Below the pieces are notes generated by a model. That model saw nothing but the letters and a program-made list of their open reading frames with translations, made no database searches and had not been told where the DNA came from. Positions 1-4,984 of a stretch of 6,147 bases of DNA are shown one piece after another. Positions within the stretch are counted from its first letter, which is position 1. Every line of letters starts with the position of its first letter. Location: positions 1-6,147 of the forward strand of contig CAZMGA010000027.1 in the NCBI GenBank assembly GCA_964565725.1, given 5' to 3'. The stretch is from an uncultured archaeon (GTDB taxonomy: Archaea > Iainarchaeota > Iainarchaeia > Iainarchaeales > 0-14-0-20-30-16). The position numbers and the translations under genes were made by a program.

Positions 1-278
1 AATAAAAAATCTACTTTTTTAAAGAATCCAACATGTATTACTGGTCTAACTAATTCTAATCTTCCAAAGTGTCCCATACATCTATCAACAGTTTGACCAC
101 AAGTTTTACATCTTCTACCTCTATCTGCTACACCTAAATGAGGGTCCATTAATCCTCCTTCTATAGGAAATCCATCCTTATCATATAATTCAGGAGTTTT
201 AATTTCTATTACAGATAATTTTCTAATTTGTTCAGGTGATAAAACACCTAATTTCAATGATCCAATTCTCTTTAACAT
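1..278 (-). CDS. rpoA1: DNA-directed RNA polymerase subunit A' (largest subunit, N-terminal part); 5' fragment of 92 codons, gene continues beyond the left edge of the window
   Basis: This gene is not in the supplied ORF track because it is edge-truncated. Reverse-complement translation from the ATG at 278..276 gives MLKRIGSLKLGVLSPEQIRKLSVIEIKTPELYDKDGFPIEGGLMDPHLGVADRGRRCKTCGQTVDRCMGHFGRLELVRPVIHVGFFKKVDFL, with no stop down to nt 1. It carries the C-x2-C-x6-C-x2-H zinc motif (nt 69..110) followed by GHFG..EL..PV.H, typical of the N-terminus of archaeal A' and eukaryotic Rpb1. It starts 9 nt after the rpoB1 stop, matching the canonical archaeal order H-B-A'. The sequence AGGGAT lies 3 nt upstream of the ATG. 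Confidence 0.9.
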   Translation of the reverse strand, partial: MLKRIGSLKLGVLSPEQIRKLSVIEIKTPELYDKDGFPIEGGLMDPHLGVADRGRRCKTCGQTVDRCMGHFGRLELVRPVIHVGFFKKVDFL

Positions 279-287
279 ATAATCCCT

Positions 288-2099
288 CTAAGCATAATCC
301 TTAATACTAATCTTTGGATAAATTGCAATTGATTTTAATTCATCTAAAAACAATTTAAAAGAATAAGGCATCGATATTTGAACAATATTTGTACCGCTAC
401 AACTCGGACAATATAATTTTCCTTGTACTTTATCATCTATAGCTAATATTCCACATTCAGAACATATTGGTAAAACAATTTTATCTGAATCTTCAACTAA
501 CTTTTCATTTAATAACATTGCAGCACCATAACCAACTAAACAATCGGATTCCATTTCTCCAAACTTCAATCCACCTTCTTTTTCTTTTCCTTCTGTTGGT
601 TGTCTTGTCATTAATTGTACGGGACCACGAGCTCTTGCTTGAATTTTATTCATTACTATATGGTATAATCTTCTATATGCTACCATACCAGTATAAATTT
701 CTCCTTTAATATATGCTCCAGTTCTACCATCATAAAATGTTTCATAACCATCAGGTCTAAAACCATAATTTTCTAAAACTTTTTTAATATCATCTAAAGG
801 TTCATTTGAAAAAGCAGTACCCGATACTTGAGAACCTTTTAATGCAGCTGCTTTTCCTCCAATTAATTCTAATAGATCTCCTATAGTCATTCTAGAAGAA
901 ATAGATACAGGATTTAATAATAAATCAGGAATAATTCCATTAGCACTTACAGGCATATCTAATTCATTTGCTAAAAATCCTACAACACCTTTTTGTCCAT
1001 GTTTAGAAGAAAATTTATCTCCCATTTCTGGAATTCTTTGTGTTCTAACTTTTACCTTTAACATTTTTTCATTTCCAGAACTAGAAATAAATACTCTATC
1101 AATATAACCTTGCATATTTTTCTTAACAAACATAGATTTATCATCATATTTTTCTTCCATTAATCCTAAAGTTGGAACATTATCCATAAATCTAGGAGGT
1201 GCTAATTTAGAAATTAAAACAGTATCTTTATCTACAAAAGTTTCTATTTCAGGCAATGTATCCATACCAATATTTTTATATGCTGAATCCCCTAAAAATC
1301 CACCATTTTCTTCAGTAGGTATTGCAAAAAATTCTTTTTGCCCACTAGGATAAGTAACTTCTTTATCAGTATAAGTTCTATAATAACTCATTCTACCTAA
1401 TCCTCTTTCTACTGCACCTTTATTTATTACAATTGCATCTTGAGTATTAAAACCAAAATAAGGTATAATTGCAACTACAAAATTTTGTATAATTGGTCTA
1501 TCATCTAAACCCAAAATATCTGAAAAATTTGTTTTTACTAATTGTTTTTGAGGATAATATAAATTATAATATTCAGTTTCTGTTCTTAAATTATGATTTG
1601 GACCTACAAAACCTACACCTTGTTTATACATTTTTGAACCGTGTAATGCTTTTGTAGCCATGTTATGTTCTACAAAAGGAGTTAAAGATGTAACCATACT
1701 GTAAATAGTTGCGGGTTCTAATTCCATATGTGTATGTTCTTTGCCCAATACTTTTTCTGATGTAGCTATAAATAAATTATCTTCTTCATCAGCATCAATA
1801 TATTCTATAATTCCTTTTTTTATTAAATCATCATATTTTATTTTTTTTGATTTTAATTGAGATATATGTTCATCAGTTAATAATACTTTTCCATCTTTAA
1901 CAGTTAAAACAGGTCTTTGTAATCTACCAGCACCAGTATTTATGTATACTTCGTGTGTATCTTCTTTATAATAAATATTAATTAAACTATCTATTTTTCC
2001 ATGTCTTCTTAAATCCTTTATACTATTTATTAATTGAGAAGAATTCTCATGAAATCCAACTAATTTACCATCTAAATATACTTTTACTTTCTTCATCAT
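288..2099 (-). CDS. rpoB1: DNA-directed RNA polymerase subunit B' (C-terminal portion of the split second-largest subunit)
   Basis: The ORF-track entry is 288..2108. It shows hallmark second-largest-subunit motifs: GDKFSSKHGQKGVVG, NPVSISSRMTIG, ARARGPVQLMTRQPTEGKEKEGGLKFGEMESDCLVGYGAA, and a C-terminal zinc ribbon CSECG-x14-CPSC. The stop is TAG at 288..290. I place the start at the ATG at 2099 (MMKKVKVYLDGKL) because AAGTGAT lies 4 nt upstream, mirroring the AGGTGAT of rpoB2. The GTG at 2108 (a 4-nt GTGA overlap with the rpoB2 stop) and the ATG at 2096 remain possible starts. Confidence 0.94.
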   Translation of the reverse strand: MMKKVKVYLDGKLVGFHENSSQLINSIKDLRRHGKIDSLINIYYKEDTHEVYINTGAGRLQRPVLTVKDGKVLLTDEHISQLKSKKIKYDDLIKKGIIEYIDADEEDNLFIATSEKVLGKEHTHMELEPATIYSMVTSLTPFVEHNMATKALHGSKMYKQGVGFVGPNHNLRTETEYYNLYYPQKQLVKTNFSDILGLDDRPIIQNFVVAIIPYFGFNTQDAIVINKGAVERGLGRMSYYRTYTDKEVTYPSGQKEFFAIPTEENGGFLGDSAYKNIGMDTLPEIETFVDKDTVLISKLAPPRFMDNVPTLGLMEEKYDDKSMFVKKNMQGYIDRVFISSSGNEKMLKVKVRTQRIPEMGDKFSSKHGQKGVVGFLANELDMPVSANGIIPDLLLNPVSISSRMTIGDLLELIGGKAAALKGSQVSGTAFSNEPLDDIKKVLENYGFRPDGYETFYDGRTGAYIKGEIYTGMVAYRRLYHIVMNKIQARARGPVQLMTRQPTEGKEKEGGLKFGEMESDCLVGYGAAMLLNEKLVEDSDKIVLPICSECGILAIDDKVQGKLYCPSCSGTNIVQISMPYSFKLFLDELKSIAIYPKISIKDYA

Positions 2100-2104
2100 T
2101 CTAA

Positions 2105-3568
2105 TCACTTCTCATAAACATTTAATTTACGTAATAAAGGTTCTAAATCTTCATTTTCGTAATCAGTAGTAATTTTTGCCATAATAGACATGTTTTTAAT
2201 TAATCCACAATTTGGACCATCTGGAGTTTCTACAGGACATACTCTACCCCAACTAGTTCCGTGTACACTTCTTGCTTCATAACTTTCTCTACTATTATCT
2301 AAAGTAGATTTTAATTTTCTCATTTCAATAATTGAATTTAACCAATTATATCTTGTAAAAAAAGTACTCACACCAGTTAATTTACCAGCCCAAGTTCCAG
2401 TAGCCATTCCAAACATAATTCTATCAGAAATAACATCTGGTCTTATTATTGTATTTATTTTTAATCTTCTTCTTCTTACTAAATTTCTATCTATTTGTAA
2501 TTTAATATCATTTATAAAATAATTAAAAGCTTGCATAAATTGTCTTTCTAATAATTTTCCAGATAATTCTATTCTTTTATTTGGATAACTATCTCTATCA
2601 TCTATAGTTCTTAACCCATAAGCTAATTCTATTGCTCTTTGAGCCATACCTATTAAATAATGTGCTTTTAATGTTCTTTTATCTTCAGTTTGACCTATAT
2701 GAGGTAATAAAAAATTATCAATTATTTCATAAGTTCTTTTTAATCTATAAGATTGAATTTGTCCAGGAGCAACATATTTTCCTATTTGATCTAATGCTTC
2801 TTCTTCATTTTCAATACTTATTCTACTAAAATTTAATAAAACATCATTTTTTATTTCAGGAACATCTTCAAAAGCATTTAGATAATCTTCCTTAGTTTTA
2901 AATCCCAAACCTCTTAATAAAACAAAGAATTTTAATTTTTTAGGACTTGAAGGAAAATTTATTTCTAAAATACCGTTTGAATTTCTAATTAATTTTACTT
3001 TTCCTTTAAATGCACCTTTTGTAGATAATACTTCTGCAATTGTTTTATTTCCATCTTCAGAAACCATAATTTTATCAGATGCTAAAACTTCTTGACTTAC
3101 CAAAACTTTTTCTACACCATTAATTATAAAATAGCCACCTAAATCTTTTGGATCTTCTCCATGAACAATTAGTTCATCTTCTTTAAAACCATTTAAATTA
3201 CATAATTTTGATTTTACCATTACTGGTAATTCTCCAATAGATGTTCTTTTAGTATCTTGTAAAACTCCTTTTCTATATAATTCAATATCAGCAAATAAAG
3301 GAGCACTATATGTTTTATCTCTTAAACGAGCCTCCATAGGCATAAAATCAGTTCTTCTTGAACCATCTTCTTCTACAATTTGAGGAGGTAAAATATTTAT
3401 ATTTTTTAATCTTATTTCTACATCTTCAACTCTAGATTTTATTATTGAATTTTCTTCAATAATTTTTGGTACTTTATCATATATAAATTGATTATAGGAG
3501 TCTACATTTTGTTGAATAACAGAGTTATTCTCATAATAGGCCCTAATTAAATCCCAACCAGATTGCAT
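2105..3568 (-). CDS. rpoB2: DNA-directed RNA polymerase subunit B'' (N-terminal portion of the split second-largest subunit)
   Basis: This is a 487-aa ORF. Its N-terminus (WDLIRAYYENNSVIQQNVDSYNQFI) and internal motifs (PMEARLRDKTYSAPLF, GEDPKDLGGYFIINGVEKVLVSQE, IDDRDSYPNKRIELSG, RVCPVETPDGPNCGLIKN) are characteristic of the Rpb2/RpoB N-terminal half. It ends at TGA (2105..2107) in a different frame from rpoB1, so the B''/B' split is genuine and not a frameshift. AGGTGAT (3572..3578, minus strand) sits 3 nt upstream of the ATG. Confidence 0.95.
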   Translation of the reverse strand: MQSGWDLIRAYYENNSVIQQNVDSYNQFIYDKVPKIIEENSIIKSRVEDVEIRLKNINILPPQIVEEDGSRRTDFMPMEARLRDKTYSAPLFADIELYRKGVLQDTKRTSIGELPVMVKSKLCNLNGFKEDELIVHGEDPKDLGGYFIINGVEKVLVSQEVLASDKIMVSEDGNKTIAEVLSTKGAFKGKVKLIRNSNGILEINFPSSPKKLKFFVLLRGLGFKTKEDYLNAFEDVPEIKNDVLLNFSRISIENEEEALDQIGKYVAPGQIQSYRLKRTYEIIDNFLLPHIGQTEDKRTLKAHYLIGMAQRAIELAYGLRTIDDRDSYPNKRIELSGKLLERQFMQAFNYFINDIKLQIDRNLVRRRRLKINTIIRPDVISDRIMFGMATGTWAGKLTGVSTFFTRYNWLNSIIEMRKLKSTLDNSRESYEARSVHGTSWGRVCPVETPDGPNCGLIKNMSIMAKITTDYENEDLEPLLRKLNVYEK

Positions 3569-3571
3569 TAA

Positions 3572-3578
3572 ATCACCT
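3572..3578 (-). promoter_or_regulatory. Shine-Dalgarno sequence of rpoB2 (AGGTGAT)
   Basis: The minus strand reads TAA-TTTAGGTGATTTA-ATG in the 13-nt rpoH-rpoB2 spacer. The motif is complementary to the ..AUCACCU.. 16S 3' tail. It indicates translational initiation inside the operon. Confidence 0.6.
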
Positions 3579-3581
3579 AAA

Positions 3582-3815
3582 TTATACCACTACCCTATAA
3601 TAATTTATAGGATCTTTAAAAATAGATTCTCTTTCTATCTTTACTACATCACCTAATTTTGGTTTCAAATTAGTAATTGCGGGATCACTAATCTTTATTT
3701 TAGGTAATTCGTTTATAGTTATTTCATATTTTTTTAATAATTCTTTTACTTCGTCTTCACTTAAAATTAGATGTTTAGGTACGAAAAAATGTTTAGTAAT
3801 ATCAAAATTTGCCAA
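3582..3815 (-). CDS. rpoH: DNA-directed RNA polymerase subunit H (Rpb5 C-terminal domain homologue)
   Basis: This 77-aa ORF contains HFFVPKHLILSEDEVKELLKKYEITINELPKIKISDPAI...GDVVKIER.S......YYRVVV, the typical RpoH/Rpb5 pattern. It sits immediately upstream (13 nt) of rpoB2, as in archaeal RNAP operons. The start codon is TTG (3815..3813) and there is no in-frame ATG anywhere in the ORF. GGAGGG lies 6 nt upstream of the start. Confidence 0.9.
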   Translation of the reverse strand: MANFDITKHFFVPKHLILSEDEVKELLKKYEITINELPKIKISDPAITNLKPKLGDVVKIERESIFKDPINYYRVVV

Positions 3816-3821
3816 GGAAAA

Positions 3822-3827
3822 CCCTCC
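3822..3827 (-). promoter_or_regulatory. Shine-Dalgarno sequence of rpoH (GGAGGG)
   Basis: The minus strand reads ATTGGAGGGTTTTCC-TTG. The GGAGG core is complementary to the conserved archaeal 16S rRNA 3' end. It lies 6 nt before the TTG start. Confidence 0.6.
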
Positions 3828-3876
3828 AATAGTATATACAGCATGGAAATAGTTAAATATATCATTAAGAGAAATA

Positions 3877-3884
3877 TATATAAA
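3877..3884 (-). promoter_or_regulatory. Candidate archaeal TATA box (TTTATATA) for the rpoH-rpoB-rpoA operon
   Basis: The minus strand reads TAGTAAGC-TTTATATA-TATTTC, an exact match to the methanogen-type box A consensus TTTATATA. A transcription start about 25 nt downstream would fall near nt 3850. That leaves a leader of roughly 35 nt containing the GGAGGG SD. This is a sequence match only, and AT-rich DNA produces many such matches. Confidence 0.4.
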
Positions 3885-3892
3885 GCTTACTA

Positions 3893-3915
3893 CTATTATA
3901 CACTATCTATTATAA
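3893..3915 (+). promoter_or_regulatory. Candidate TATA-like elements for the GGDEF gene, formed by a direct repeat of CTATTATA
   Basis: CTATTATA occurs at 3893..3900 and again at 3907..3914 on the plus strand. With the usual archaeal TATA centre near -26/-27, the distal copy predicts a short leader starting near the GGAG. The proximal copy predicts an essentially leaderless mRNA starting at the ATG (3937). I cannot discriminate between these from sequence alone. Confidence 0.3.
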
Positions 3916-3936
3916 TACCAATGGAGATATATATTT

Positions 3937-4980
3937 ATGAAAAGAATTTTACCTGGAGACTTATTTTTAATATTATCTAAATTAATTAGATTGCAAAATA
4001 CTAACTATGTTAATGTTTTTGACTACATTAAAAATATTAAGGAATATATCCCTAAAATAGAAAACATAAGTTATTTTGCAAAACAAAACAATTTTTTAGA
4101 GTATGATGTTTTAGGTAAAATAGAAAATATAAATAAAAATTTATTAAATTTATCTTACGATCAAATAAAATATATATATTTATCAAAAAAAAAGGCATAT
4201 GTTTTTAATAATGAAATTGAAAATACAGAATATTATAAAATACATTTAGATAAAAAAAATAATTTAGAACAAATATATGTGCCTATATTTATTGAAAAAA
4301 AAGATATCCCTAAAAATAAAATTATAAAAATTGGAGTTTTTATTTTCGAAGGTAAAGATTTAAAATTAAAATCAAATATTTTAAAAATTAAAAATATTAT
4401 TTTAACAATTATTTTCTTTGCATCTGTTTTTAGCAGTATTTCTCAAATGTTATACAAAAGATATGATAAATTAACATCTATGATTGCTAGAAATGAATTT
4501 GAATTTGAAATTAATAATGTTTTATTATCTAAACCAAAACAGATTAGTATTTTAATGTTAGATATAGATCATTTTAAAAAAATAAATGATACTTATGGCC
4601 ATAAAGTAGGAGATAAAATATTAAGTGATTTTTCAAAAATTATTTTAAAAAATATTAGATCCACAAATAGGGCTAAAAATATTAGAGATATTCCCTTACG
4701 TTGGGGAGGAGAAGAATTTGTAATTATTTTATGTAATACTAATTTAGAAAACAGTTTAAAAATTGCAGAAAGAATTAAAAAAAATGTAGAAAAAAATAAT
4801 TTTATTATTAATAAAAAAATTATAAAAATTACAACAAGTATTGGGGTTATAAATTCAAAACAATTATTGAAAAAAAAATATTCTAAAAAATATATTTTAA
4901 ATTTAATTTCACTAGCAGATCAACAATTATACTTTGCAAAAAATTCTGGAAGAAATAAAATATGTGTTTACAATGAATAA
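3937..4980 (+). CDS. Membrane-anchored GGDEF-domain protein (putative diguanylate cyclase) with an unassigned N-terminal region
   Basis: This is a 347-aa ORF. The C-terminal approx. 150 aa (about nt 4522..4974) carry the full GGDEF signature: ILMLDIDHFKKINDTYGHKVGDKIL, the RWGGEEF active site (nt 4699..4719), a TTSIGV strand, and ADQQLYFAKNSGRNKICVY. A hydrophobic helix, NIILTIIFFASVFSSISQMLY, spans about aa 153-173 (nt 4393..4455). The 170 codons upstream of the first internal Met are stop-free in very AT-rich DNA, which supports the long N-terminal extension as coding. GGAG lies at 3923..3926, upstream of the ATG at 3937. Confidence 0.85.
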   Translation: MKRILPGDLFLILSKLIRLQNTNYVNVFDYIKNIKEYIPKIENISYFAKQNNFLEYDVLGKIENINKNLLNLSYDQIKYIYLSKKKAYVFNNEIENTEYYKIHLDKKNNLEQIYVPIFIEKKDIPKNKIIKIGVFIFEGKDLKLKSNILKIKNIILTIIFFASVFSSISQMLYKRYDKLTSMIARNEFEFEINNVLLSKPKQISILMLDIDHFKKINDTYGHKVGDKILSDFSKIILKNIRSTNRAKNIRDIPLRWGGEEFVIILCNTNLENSLKIAERIKKNVEKNNFIINKKIIKITTSIGVINSKQLLKKKYSKKYILNLISLADQQLYFAKNSGRNKICVYNE

Positions 4981-4984
4981 TGAT

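Noticed and set aside
467-709. 80-aa plus-strand ORF from the six-frame track
   Set aside because: It lies entirely antisense within the strongly supported rpoB1 coding sequence. Its translation is low-complexity and L/F/I-rich with no recognisable motif. It is a typical shadow ORF.
2105-2108. Possibility that the rpoB split is an artefact (frameshift or TGA recoding) or that an alternative genetic code is in use
   Set aside because: B'' ends and B' begins at the position expected for naturally split archaeal rpoB, each part with its own start context. Reading through the TGA would not join the frames. All six genes terminate cleanly with standard stops (TAA, TAG, TGA).
2632-2829. 65-aa plus-strand ORF from the six-frame track
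   Set aside because: It lies entirely antisense within rpoB2. It has a hydrophobic low-complexity translation and no start context, so it is a shadow ORF.
288-3568. Inteins or large insertions in the RNA polymerase subunits
   Set aside because: B'' (487 aa) and B' (about 603 aa) are of ordinary length. The conserved blocks are contiguous and no intein-like splice-junction or homing-endonuclease motifs are seen.
3771-3980. 69-aa plus-strand ORF spanning the rpoH 5' end, the intergenic spacer and the GGDEF start
   Set aside because: It overlaps two well-supported genes and the promoter region. It is out of frame with the GGDEF ORF and has no SD and no motif. It is a chance open frame.
4057-4135. 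Short internal repeat taaaatagaaaa(c/t)ataa, encoding KIENIS and KIENIN, in the N-terminal region of the GGDEF protein
   Set aside because: There are only two short copies in low-complexity K/N/I-rich sequence, which is insufficient to claim a repeat-domain architecture.
4185-4193. A9 homopolymer tracts in the GGDEF gene (also A8 at 4252..4259 and 4295..4302, and A9 at 4870..4878) as possible slipped-strand phase-variation switches
   Set aside because: Comparable runs occur in the housekeeping genes, for example T8 at 1841..1848 in rpoB1 and long T runs in trpS. They simply encode Lys-rich stretches in an extremely AT-rich genome. The frame is intact through all of them. They are still worth remembering as potential sequencing-error hotspots.
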